Assembly (NCBI GenBank): GCA_015680685.1
Contig: MNCI01001867.1
Span: 53,438-117,437 of the forward strand
Reading direction: 5' to 3'
DNA: 64,000 nt
Source: Gnetum montanum
Taxonomy: Eukaryota; Plantae; Gnetophyta
Position numbers and translations under genes: made by a program
Notes under the pieces: model-generated
What the model was told of the DNA's origin: nothing
The model's database searches: none
What the model saw: only the letters and a program-made list of their open reading frames with translations
Shown: piece by piece, positions 13,398-25,166 of the stretch
Position numbering within the stretch: position 1 is the first letter of the stretch
Layout: every line of letters begins with the position of its first letter

Positions 13398-16200
13398 ATG
13401 GCCCCAAAACGTGGACAACAAAAGGGTCCTACTCAACGTGGAAAGAAACAATCTCATAGAGGTGGAAGACAAGGTCCTACTGAATAACATGTAGAATAGG
13501 AGGAGCAATCATTCAGCATTCATCAAGATGAACCTCCTACCGGACGGTCTGAGTAGGTAGAAGGAGGAGCTGCTATAGCACCTGAACCAAGACAACAACT
13601 TAGGTTGCCCCAAGATTGTGTTTAGGCTATCCATGAGAAGTCCACATTCGTTGTAGTGATTGTGGAGTTGAACTTTGAATCATTCGTAGAGTTCACTCAT
13701 GACGCCATTAGGGATCACCTCAAAAGGTCTCCCTTATGGCCTATCCTCTCTTAAAGCGATGCCTGGTACCTAGGAGAGACGTACCAATTTTGGCACAATA
13801 GGGAGCAAGGAACCACTGTTAATATTTGTGGTGTGACAGTTTACTTCTCTACGTAGGCCATTTTGAAAGTGTTAAACCTTTCGAATACAGGGCCCCAGGT
13901 TGCTCGGTTATCCACCCATTCAAACCCTGATGTGCGAAAGGATTGCTGGAGAAGGCTTATGCCAAGGATAAAGCATTTGGTGAGTTGACAACAAAAGAGA
14001 GGATTTACTTTAAAATTGGAACATATCACCTCTTCCCCAAAAAGGGCCTCAAAAGAATATCAATGTATGCAGCTAGAGGATGTGTAGTGTTAATGGGGAA
14101 GGTTAACGCTAACCTACCCCATCTATGTTTGATGGAGATCCTGAGGCAGTTCAAAGAACAAAAGACATGGAAGATGGTGTTGCCTTTCCCCTATCTTATC
14201 AGAAAGCTTTGCTGACATGCTGGTATTCAGGGATACACTAATGATGTCCTCTGAAAAGCCCAAACTGCTTCATACGCTGAATTACAAAAGGCACTAGCTC
14301 TAAGAAAAAGCACTAGCGAAGGGCTGGGACCAGAATAAGAAGAAGAACATATGGCTGGACCCAGTCAACCTCTAGCCATGAGTCCTAGCCAACAACAAGA
14401 AGCAAGGCCTAGCACAGGCCAAGATCAGCTACCACCGCCACAAGACTACAAACCGTTGATGAGCCATTTGAGGGCCATCGCTGAGATGGTTAGTTGGGGA
14501 AGTTGTGCGGACGTAAATCACTTCCACATCATCGATGATGCTAGGCAGACTACTATTTCATTGGATCACACAAGGGGGGAAGTATCCATTCACATAGGAG
14601 GAGGGAAAAGTAGATGGTCACAACAGATCTCAGCCAACGTGACATCTTTCCAGGTGTAGTTAGAGACTGGTGAAGAGGCCATTGTGGTGGTCATGCAACA
14701 CCAGAATGCCATGGGAGGTGCAAAAGTGGTCACATACCACATCAAAGAATCCTTCAATGTACCTATTGTGCCATCGACAAGTCTTTCAGGAGCACGGGAT
14801 GCTCAAACCTTAGCCAGAACCTCAATGACTCCTGTGGAACATGAGGATGCACTTGATCGATTGCTTCAAATAGGGCAAGTAATGACGTCCCTATTTGACA
14901 TCCCTCAAGATGTTATAGCAATTCAGTCAGACCTCATTTCCACAAAGGGGAAGCTGGTCTTAACAGAAGTAAGGGTAGAGCATGCTGAAAATGAAGTGCA
15001 GAAACTACAAGAGCAGCTCGTGGCCTTGCAAGCAGCATAGTGGGACACTCTGCAATTTGTTCCCGTAGACCAATTAGAAAACTTTAGAACCAAGCACCTA
15101 ACAAAGTTAATTGTAGAGAATAAAAGGGTGGTGGATGAAAAATAGAAGTTTGTTTGGGATACCTCCGTAGCACAAGCACACACCCATGCGCATCTTAAGG
15201 CACTCAAAGCCTTACAAGAAGAAAACAAGTAGCTGGTTGCAAACAACCTTCGGTTGACCATTGTAGAAAAGTAAAAGAATGTTCTTGATGAACACTTTCA
15301 TCAATTATGAGAACAATTCATCCAGGTCAACCGAGATGTAAGCCGTTTAGCCAGATAAAATCGAACCCTCTCGATGGAGGAGGTATGCGCCATTCGTCAA
15401 AAGTCGACGATTAAGATAAGCACGTGGTAGAATGAGGCTAAACAACATGAAAATCTGAAGAAGCACTTTCGTGATCGGGTGGGGATGTATAAAAAAATCA
15501 TTGAAAAGGAGATCCATATGGCCAAGGCCCAAATCAACACTATCAATGCTCAACACATTGGCTGGCAGGCCATATTGGACACATATGCTCTCGCCCACCA
15601 AGCGGAAGTTAAAAATCAGGACCTGCAGATTCAAGACTTAACAGAGTACATGGAGTTGGCAAATCTAAGATATGCCAATCTTGCCATGTTGATAGTAGGG
15701 CACCCAAGGTCAGAGCTCAAGCAGCAGGTAGCAACCACCCACATCAAATACAAAGCAGAATTTGCAGAGTGCAAGAACTTGGTGGAGAAACTGGATGTTG
15801 CAAATTCTAAACTTGAGGTAGTAAAAGCCAACTACCAAGGATAGAAAGATGTTGCAATAGACTTGGCTTGACAGCTAGCATACTTTCATGAATACAAGGA
15901 TAAAGCCAGAGCCTATGAGGAGGAATGACGAGTGTTCACGGCTTGGTATGTCAAGGCCAACCAGATGTTTCCACAACTACCCTGTCTGTGGAAAGTGCTG
16001 ACTCCATCAAACATTGGAACATTAGCATGGACGACACAAGACCCTCAGACCAAAGAGGAGAAGCTCTAGGCCATATTTCAATGCTATCAAGCCTCAAAAC
16101 CTGGAGCACAAGACAAAGGGAAGGCACCGATGGAGGAGCCACTGCCACCAGAACTACATGAGTTCCAAATTTTTGTAGTTGTAGTATATTCTATGTGTTG
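13398..16200 (+). pseudogene. Element D env-like accessory ORF (Athila ORF2 / 'Transposase_32'-like domain plus long coiled coil)
   Basis: Starts TTGCAG|ATG GCC CCA AAA CGT (MAPKR). Motifs WY..ETYQFWHN...TVNICGVTVYFS..AILKVLNL and LPFPYLIRKLC.HAG. Heptad-rich segments at 14900-15920 (ORFs 14684-15040, 15479-15844) and DKGKAP near the end. Internal stops are consistent with CAA/CAG/CGA C>T changes. Confidence 0.75.
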
Positions 16201-16323
16201 TGCCTTTATTTTTTTTCTCCCCACACTGTGGCATCATCCCATGTTTCCATCTAATAATCCCATACCTATCCACTGTGTAATCACTATAACTCGAGGACGA
16301 GTTTTTATTCAATTGTGGGGGTA

Positions 16324-17168
16324 TGATGGGACATGATATCGCATGGGCTGCAATATTGCATCCCCCGCAATATCGCGTACGCGATATCGTGTCTTCCCCT
16401 GCGATATCACGTACGCGATATCGCAGTGCATTGCCAAATCTATAAATAAGAGGCGGCTCTCCCTTATTTCATAACTTAGATTTAGATTGTAGCTAGACTC
16501 TGGCAATTTTATCCCTCCAGAGTTAGAATATTTTCTAGTGTTTGCCTGCAATGTGGTGGATGTAATTGTATGGAATCCTTTATTCAAGTGTGACGTACCT
16601 GGACATGCACATGATTAGAAATAAAGATTGATATTACTTCATCATTGCAACATTCACTTTTTTTATTTATTTATTTAATTACTATTTATTGCTTTCCTAA
16701 TTAGTCTCTCTCACCCTTAAACTCATGTTAAAATGCGGAATGAGTACGACTTGATTACGAGCATTTAAGTGTGACTACTTGGTAACCTAGTAGCATACCT
16801 AGGATCTGCGCTTGGTAATCCCAGTGGTAGTCATGCAAGAAGTCCAAGATGTGTACGAATAATCAAGGAATGAATGCTCATCGCACTTAAGCTAGATTAG
16901 ATTCTTTTACCCTTTCTCTCTTAGTTTAGATAATATTACTTTCCATTGCCCTCAAGAGTAGCATTAGAGTAGAAACCTATCATGCACCTCACTTTGGACT
17001 AAACCATACATGACAAATATAATACTAGTCTAGGTGGGAAGACAGCAAACTGCGACCTAAGGCTAACTGTCTAGGTGCCACAACTAGTCCGTCTATGAAG
17101 TTCGACCAAATCGCATGTGAAAATGCTCATATTCGTATGGTTGAGTGTAGGGGTACCTCCACTCATTA
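16324..17168 (+). repeat. Element D 3' LTR (845 bp)
   Basis: TGATGGGAC...ACTCATTA (terminal CA mutated to TA). Differs from the 5' LTR mostly by transitions and one extra GATATC unit. Confidence 0.95.
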
Positions 17169-17174
17169 GTAAGC

Positions 17175-17525
17175 CATAGCAATACTAAGCCATTGCAAGC
17201 CATAGCAAGTCTATTGTCAACTTAAAGCCTTGATGGGCCACGGTAGTAGTTTAAGACCAATTCCAAGCTACCGTGAGAGGATTAAAGATGATGTTTTTAG
17301 GCCATTCTAGGCTAATGGTGATGGAAAGTGATAATTTTAGGTCATTCCAAGCTATTGCGATAGTTTAAGGTTATTTTAGGCCATAGCAATAGTTTAAGGC
17401 CATTCTGGGCTACATATTGCTATTTTAAGGTCATTCTAGGCCATCTTGGAGGGATTGAAGGCAATAGTTTAAGGCCATTCAAAGCTACATATTGCTAGTT
17501 TAAGGTCATTCTGGGCCATGTGTTG
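17175..17525 (-). repeat. Degenerate short tandem repeats in the Tat intron (copy A)
   Basis: Repeated TAGTTTAAGGCCATTCTAGGC-like units; homologous to 31030-31300 in B. Confidence 0.7.
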
Positions 17526-17833
17526 CTATCTCTCCTATTGGTAATTTTTGCATTTATGATTTTTATACACTTTGACATTTTTCATGCATTAACATAATAA
17601 CTACAAAAGTGTAAACTAACTAAGTGAATGCATAAACAAAGTAGAAAAATGCATAAACAAAGTGAATAAATTCATAAGCAAAGCAAATCGATGCATATAT
17701 AAGCAGAAAAATAATGTTGATCTAAGTGAAACAAATACAACATAAGAGAAAGGTAAAATACAAGGTGTGTAGAAGTAGATAGTGGATAGGCACCTAGCAT
17801 GTTTTGGACTAAGGGGATACCTTAGTTGCACAG

Positions 17834-20800
17834 TTACTTCCTAACCTGATTTGGGTTAGGGGGTGCATAGGGCCCTAATCGCACTATATGGTAGTCTCCT
17901 TGACCTTCGCTTGCTATGTTAAAGGGTAATTCTGCCCAAAGGGCATCTTCTAGGAGGTTTTTAGCTTCTTCAATTCTTTTGGTTGTGCCTACCTCATGTG
18001 CCTCATCGCCTGTCATAGGTGCATCATTAGGAAATCCAACTTCTAACCCTTGCTCTATATCTATGTTGTTGATGGCCAAAGGGGTAGCGTTATCACCATG
18101 GATGATAACTTCACCACCCTCGTAAGGGAGGTGGATTTCTTGATAAATCGAAGAGGAGATGACTTGTAATTGGGCTAGCCAAGGTCTGCCCAATAGTAAG
18201 TTAAACCCTGGCATTTCCTCTACAACACTAAATTTAACAGTGGTGGGGAATTGCTCCCATGCTATAAAGGCTATGGAGATAGTACCCCTAACAATGATGC
18301 ATGATCCATTGAAGGATTTCAGACATGTGATTTCTGTTGATCTAATCTAATCTGCAAGGCCTAACTTATCCATGATGGTGTATGGGATAACATTTGTTGC
18401 TACTCCGTCATCAATTTCCACTTTGTGAATCTTCCATTGCCCAATGCATATGGTAATAAACATTGGAGCTATTATGAGCTCACCCTTCTTGGGATTAATC
18501 TTAATTGCTTCATCACAAAATGCTAGGGATGTGGAACTCAATTCCTATAGTTTTAGAGGCAACATCACTGCATGGATGGAGTTCTCATTTGCAGGATGTC
18601 CTCCATAATAGGAATGGAGGTTAACATATACACCAATGCTTCGCAATGGATAGATGAGATCATGATTAGGTCATATAGGCTCAATGTTATGTTCTTCTAT
18701 TGGAGTACTTGTTTTGACTTGGGCTAATCCATCCATGAAGTCTTTGCCATCAACCATGTTTTTGCTGGCCTTGACCTCTTTCATGTGGCCTAAGAGACAA
18801 ATCTCTTGCAGAGGCAACTTAGGCTTTGCTTAGTTGGCCTACTTAGAGGCACCGATGTTCATTAGTGGTTTGCTCATTGTGGCCTCTTCAGTTGCCTTGG
18901 CCATAGGAAGTGCAGATATGAAAACTAGTTTTGGTAGAGCTAGCACTCTTTGGTCTTATCCTAGCCATCTTTTCTATGAGATGCTCATTGGATCCCCTAT
19001 GTTTCTACCTCGAGGGCCTACCAATGTTCCCACTGAGGTTGCCCCTTGAAAAGGAAGAAATTGATGCATTAGCCACTACTAGGTTTTGGGCAAGTGAGGG
19101 GCTAGCATGCTGTGGCACTTAGATGATGAAGGGTGGCTGAACTATTATTGTTGATGTAACTTGTGGGGAAGCCCTAACTATGAAGGGTGTTGCATGTGCT
19201 TAAGGTGGCACTCTAATGATGAAAGGAGGTCTTGAACCTGTGGGGGCCGAAGAGTCCCTTACATTACTAGAGGGCACCTGAACCATGAATGGCTACTACA
19301 CCGATTTCAAGTTGTCATCAACACTAATAGCGTTTATGACACAACCAGCATCATCTACATTTAGAGAGTCATTGTACACCCTCATAGGCTGGTTTTGAGG
19401 CTTGATTGGGTTTACAGTGTCAAGTACCAGCTCATCTTTGTTGATCATTCTTTGTAGGTCATCTTACAATGCTAGGAAAAAATCTATGTTATGCCCAGGC
19501 AACTGGTGGTAATGGCAAAACTGATCTAGCCTAAAATGCCTCAAGACCAGGGGGCTCATTTGGTGCTACTAACACAAGATTCCTTAGCAATTTGTAATAT
19601 CTATCATGTTTCTTGTAGAAATCCTTGGACATTTTTGTATACTAGATGTATCCAACTTTTAGTAGTTGATCTAGCATCTCTAAAGGTTTTAACAGCAACG
19701 AGGTGTACTTAGAGTGATCCTTGCACTCAAAGTTAGGCCTTGTAATAGCTTGCACTATGGCCACCAAGGATGTAGGTTGGTTGGTTTCCCTAGTGTTAGG
19801 GTCAATGACTTTGTTGTTAGTTGGGGCTCTTGGTTGCCTTATTTTTGGCCTTGGGTTGGTTGCTTTGGCCTATTTGACCACATTTACCATCATTGCATTT
19901 TAATTTCCCTTATCTTTATCTGTCTTTTCATGCTAGTTTTTGTAGGCCACATAGGTTGGGTCCCTGCTAGCTTCTACTGCGTCTTGTATGCTCTTGGTTT
20001 GGGCAAAATCTTGGCTTAGGGATTATGTGCCTAAGTAATACAATTTTAACTTTATCAAGTCATTGAATATGCCCTTAAAAATGGCCAAGACATGCACTTC
20101 AGCTATCGACTCTCATATTTCATTCAGTGAGGCACTTCAATGCTAAATGAACATTTGCACGGGCTCTAGGTGATCCTTCTTTACATGCATAAGTTGATCC
20201 AAGGTGGTCTCTAGCTTCAATTTGTATTTGAAACATATCATGAATTCACCCCAAGAGGTCCTCTAAAGAGGAGATAGAGCTTTTGGGTAGTGCATGGTAC
20301 CAATCTAATGCTTTTCTAGTTAGTGACATGGTAAACATGCGTATGATGGCATGCAACCATGCTTGCAATAGGCACTTCGACTTAAATGTGACCAAATGTG
20401 CACTGGGGTCCCCCTCACCATTGTATTTAGTGACTTGAGGCAATGGGACCCCAACTAGAAGAGTTAGAGGAGGGACTGCAGGACTTATAGGGTCATTCTG
20501 ATAGAAGTCCATCACTTTGACAATTTTGGAGGAGGCAACTTTGAGTCACTTCACCTCTTCTATTAGGTTTTGGATCATCTAGAACACCTTATCTAAGTTT
20601 TAAGACATTCTAGCCAGCTGTGCTAGCTACACAATTTGCTATTGGACTAGCTGTGTGGTCCATGGCCTAGTTGTAGGTTGTAGAATTGCATAATGCACTT
20701 GATGCATGGGTCATGCTGTAGGGATGATGATCAAGGTAGGAAATGCATATGTGGGTTGGACCAGTGCCAGGGGTCTAATGAAATAGGCAAGACATAGGAT

Positions 20801-21310
20801 GCCTAAGGAACTTGGGGCCTAGAGATGGGTCCTATGTGGATGCATGGTTAAGCTAATCCAGTTGCTACAGGCAACGATGGCTAAATGGGTGGCAATGATG
20901 CCATGAAGGGTAAGCTCAAGGAGGCTATTACATCGTAATGTGTATGTTATGTCTGATGTGTTATTATCACAGGCATTGGCCTAGGTCTAAATAAATAGGG
21001 AGGTGATGTCAGTGCTATAACTATCTCAAAGAGAACGGGTGAATGAGATTGCAAAAAAGCCAAACTTGGAATCACTCATTGGAAAATGATGTGAAAAGAG
21101 CCCTCATGCTTAGATCAAGCTTCAAACTCATCCTCTTCTTCCTATAGATGCCCCTCATAGTCTATTCCTACATTACACTCACCTACTTGGATGAGTTGGG
21201 CTAACATTTATTGGTAGGGCTCTGTCAGTGGGATGATATCGAGTGAGGAGGGGATATGCTCCTATCCATTCTGATGGATCAATTCATAGCTTCATTTTGA
21301 TTCCATGTCC
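17834..21310 (-). pseudogene. Element A gag-protease remnant
   Basis: ORF 20246-20515 (YNGEGDPSAHL...FTMSLTRKALDWY, gag). ORF 18347-18541 (IDDGVATNVIP, protease). ORF 17834-18214 (FNLLLGRPWL). Confidence 0.88.
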
Positions 21311-21913
21311 AAGAAATCTACAAATAGCCCTGATTGAACCTTTACACATATAAAGTTATATTGCTCATTGCTTAGCATGGCATACTATGGGTCTTGACTA
21401 TGCAACCTAAGGGATTACCCTGGCTCCGTCATTACAAGATTTCTAGGGTTGTCAATCCTAGTCTCTTGTTGGATGGGCAAGATGGAAAGTGTGCTTGGGA
21501 CTAACATTGAAGGTTATTTTGGGTTTATGGATGCAAATTAAGTTGCAAGAGAGGATTGCAAGGGTTGCTAATTATGAAATACTGCTAACATCACTAACTA
21601 CACTCTCTACGCTAGAGAGTTGACTACGCTTTCTATGCTAGAGATGACTACACTCCAACTGAAAACATCAAGAATTTGGCAGATAGTGGATATGTGTGCT
21701 TTGGGTTATTATGTGAGGTTCCTAGGGAGCTGACTATGAGGTCCAATCTACACCAATCAATTAGTAGACAATGCCTATACTAACCTAAGATCCAACTGTT
21801 GTGTGTGTAGCAAGCTCATAGGGGTGTTACAGTCTACGCTAACCTGAAGCCAGCAACTATGATGCAAACAGCACATGAGACAACCACAATGGAGTCTAAA
21901 AAAAAGGTTCTAG

Positions 21914-21930
21914 CCCTCCTTCTAGTGCCA
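21914..21930 (-). promoter_or_regulatory. Primer-binding site, tRNA-Asn type
   Basis: TGGCACTAGAAGGAGGG is one mismatch from TGGCGCTAGAAGGAGGG, the complement of the plant tRNA-Asn(GUU) 3' end (recalled sequence). It lies 5 nt after the LTR. Confidence 0.8.
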
Positions 21931-21935
21931 AAAAC

Positions 21936-23796
21936 TGTAGCAATTAAAAATGTTGGTGACTAGAACACTAAGGTTGACAAGTGCACAACCTGACCCTGAA
22001 TCTATGTGAGGGCTTACTAGAGGTAAAGACAAGATGCCCTGGATGGTCTGGTTGATCAAATAGGAACTTACTAGATGCAACAGGGGTGTAGTGTGGTTAG
22101 TCATAGTGCTGACGCAAAATGATGTTAAGTGTGTAGGCAGTGTTTACGGTGTTAATAATGTCAGTGGGGTTGCAGGTACCTAAGGGTCAAGCATAGTCAA
22201 AGGTTTTAATGAAGTGGGTGATGTTGACATGTGTAGGCTAAAACAATGAAAAATGCAAGTAAAGTGTGAAAAATGCAAAGAAAGAAATAGAGAGAGAGAG
22301 AGAAGCAAAACACAACCCCAAATGCAGTTGAAAGTAGTTAACACCAAAAGGGATTAGAAGATACATGGTGTATAATAGACATAGTGGATAGCATAGTCAT
22401 AGTCTTGGAGGTGTCTAGTCACAAATACTATCACTTTGCCAAGGTGTCTACATCTACCAAGTTGGCCGCCATAGTATACCATTGGCTCAAGTGTTCTAGT
22501 GGACTACAATGATTTCTAGTGGTTTGCAACTTTGCCAATATGCCTTTGGTCTTCTCCCAAGTGCTCCTTAGAATTTCTCATGCCAAAAAATAGCCAACCC
22601 CAAAAATGTTGAGGGCATGGCTATTAATAGTTTTAGGGTTAGCAAAAAATATAGGATGGTTGCCACGTGGCAAAGGGAACAGTTGAGACTATGCTCTCAT
22701 CCAACTATGCTCTTCACTAGGCTGGTGGTGTTGTGCTTTATTGTACTCTACTGAACTCCACAAAACTGTGACTACACTACCAACCACATGTGTATGCCAA
22801 GAAGACTGCAAGATACCCAAAAAATGAAAGCCAAAGACTACACTATGTGGGACTATGCTCTCCATGCTCTCACTTGGGGTCGAGCATGGTTATAAATTTT
22901 GGGAAGAAATGGGCTATAAAAAGAAAATATTTTGTAGACCATGCTTGCTAAAGGTGAGTTGACTACATTCTGGAGCAAAGCCAAGCATCGTTGCTATGTT
23001 GTAGAGGCTTCTAGAGACTATTCTAGCTAACTATGCTCTAGAATAGGGAAGATCATAGTCCCACACTTAAAGAAAAAATGTAAAAAATGGGCATGTGCTG
23101 ACTATGCTCTCCACTAGAGGCTGACTATGCTCTAGGTTGGTGAAGAGCATTTGAGAAAAATGAGTTTCTTATAGATAACACTCCCCATGGGAGGTTGACT
23201 ACACTCCTAACTAGGGGTGAGCATAGTCCTAGGACTTGTTGAAACCTGTGAAAACCTACCCTTTTACTGACTACGCTCTCCACTAAAGGCTACTACACTT
23301 TAAGGCAATGGAGAGCATAGTCCCAACACCTAGAAAAATTTGCTGCAACTAGCTTTGTGTTGACACTTAGAAAAAATTGCAAAACTAGCCTCTATGTTGA
23401 CTACACTCTCCACAAGAGGCTAACTATGCTCTAGGGAAATGGAGAGCATAATTCCAACACTTAGAAAAATTTTCAAAAACTAGCTTTCATGGTAACTATG
23501 CTATCTACTAGAGCTTGACTATGCTCTCAACTAAGGTTGAGCGTGGTCTCAACACTTAGCCAAAATTGCAAAAACTAGCCTTCGTGTTGATCATGCTCTC
23601 TATTGGAGGCTGACTAGACTCCTTACTAGGAGAGAGTGTAGTCCCAACACTTAGAAAAAATTGCAAAAAACTAGCTTTCGTGCTAACTAGCTTTCTATAA
23701 GAGGCTAACTACACTCTCAACTCGCATTGAGCATAGTCTCAACACTTAGCCAAAATTGCAGTTGATATACCATAGTCTAGATTTGGTGGTGTTTCA
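21936..23796 (-). repeat. Element A 5' LTR (1861 bp)
   Basis: Minus strand TGAAACACCACC...CTACA matches the termini of the B 3' LTR. It is followed by PBS TGGCACTAGAAGGAGGG. Confidence 0.9.
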
Positions 23797-25166
23797 ACAT
23801 GTCTTTCCAATGGGACCTTCAAAAATTTATTAGTGTTTTTTTATTGTACTTTTACTCCTATTTTTCATTAGATCTACAAGGATATAATTACAACCTTGGT
23901 AACATGATAGAACATATAGAAGTGGTTTAAGAGAATCCACAAATCCCCTTGATATCACACCCTTTACATTCCCCCTTGGTTCTACACATTTCTATCTAGG
24001 CACAATGATTACAAATTTATTTTTAATTTGATGATGAAAAAGAATATCATTATGACTAGGGTAAGAACCTCTTATTAATGAGATGGATGGATGGATGACA
24101 TGGCCTCACTACCAAACAATTAGTTCCTTATGACTTGACAACATAGAGAAAACCTCACCTCAATGGGATACATGATCATTTTATTCACAAGTTAGATTAC
24201 TGACAAAGGAAATGAAAACAAAATGTGGAAAAAGTTGAAAAGGATAGGAAAAATTTGTATCAAGAAATAAAAAAAATGATAAAAAATTGTAAAACAAAAA
24301 GATGAAAAACACCTATTAATTCTGAATGTTAGGATGTGGTGTCTTCCCCACAACCAAGCATTTGACCATGACAAGAATTAATAAGTCAATAGGCAGGCTT
24401 CATGCACTTTTTAAATAGTGTTAACCCTTCATTTTCAAGGCACTAGGTGTTTCTTGGTTTAGTGGCAGTGGCGTAGATAGGTTGTTGTTCACATACTTGG
24501 TTGTTAAACTTACAATGGATTAGAGTATGAGTTGTGTCAATGTTGTGGATGTTTGGTCCACGACTACACCCTTGATCATGATTAGGCATGCATGGATTCA
24601 TTTGTCTCTCCATAATGCTAGATTCATTACTTCTGTTAGGTGTTGAAGTAACAATGGATGGTGGCCCCTACATAGGATCAAAGAATGTTGGTTGTAAAAG
24701 GGAAGGTGTTACACTGGATTAGCATTATGATGGTTTGGATGATGTAGTAGGTCCATGAGTTTTATGCTTATGCATGGGAGCCATCCTAAATAAGGATGTT
24801 TTTGGAATTGTGGCAAGAACCTACTAACATTATCATGTCTATGCACATTCTCAGCATAAGTGGCATTCATTTGTTGATGTTGTGGTGCTAAACCTTCCTG
24901 CGTGATCAGTTGTGACATGTGATGGGGTGAAGCATGAGAATATCAAGGATATGATGGAGGGTAAGAGGTGTGAGGTGGTGATCCTTTAGAAGATGTCACA
25001 AGTTGATGATACTCAGGAGAGTGATAATAGTGATTTGAAGTAGAGGACATAGAACTAGTTGGAGAAATAGGTTGTTGAACATAATATCTGTATGAATTCG
25101 GCTAGCAGTAAGGGTAGGGCTAGTTTAATGATGGCCTCCCCCACAATTATGATTGTCACCCCATGA
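23797..25166 (-). mobile_element. Element E: internal fragment of a diverged relative of element D
   Basis: Reverse complement aligns with D ~10645-11960. Shared blocks include AGGGTGTGAYATCAAGGGGATTTGTGGATTCTCT and GGTCCCAYTGGAAAGACATG, plus the gag Pro/His tail (ORF 24709-24918). Confidence 0.8.

Larger units (their letters stand above)
8494..17168 (+). mobile_element. Element D: complete pol-less Athila-type LTR retroelement (gag plus env-like ORF), 8675 bp
   Basis: LTRs 8494-9333 and 16324-17168. Perfect 5-bp TSD GTAAG at 8489-8493 and 17169-17173. PBS TGGCGCCATTGCTGGG at 9335-9350 (tRNA-Asp type). PPT region CTCGAGGACGAG...TTGTGGGGG before the 3' LTR. No PR, RT, RH or INT motifs seen. 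Confidence 0.93.
5117..23796 (-). mobile_element. Element A: Tat-type Ty3/Gypsy retrotransposon, 3'-truncated inside aRH, interrupted by element D
   Basis: Collinear reverse-complement homology to element B: LTR 21936-23796, PBS 21914-21930, gag-PR 17834-21310, intron-like spacer, RT-RH-aRH 5117-7014. Homology stops at ~5117, with no INT or 3' LTR. Confidence 0.92.

Noticed and set aside
16160-16240. Hydrophobic C-terminal segment (FQIFVVVVYSMCCAFIFFL) as an Env transmembrane anchor
   Set aside because: T-rich sequence just before the PPT translates to hydrophobic residues by chance; it cannot be supported from one decayed copy.
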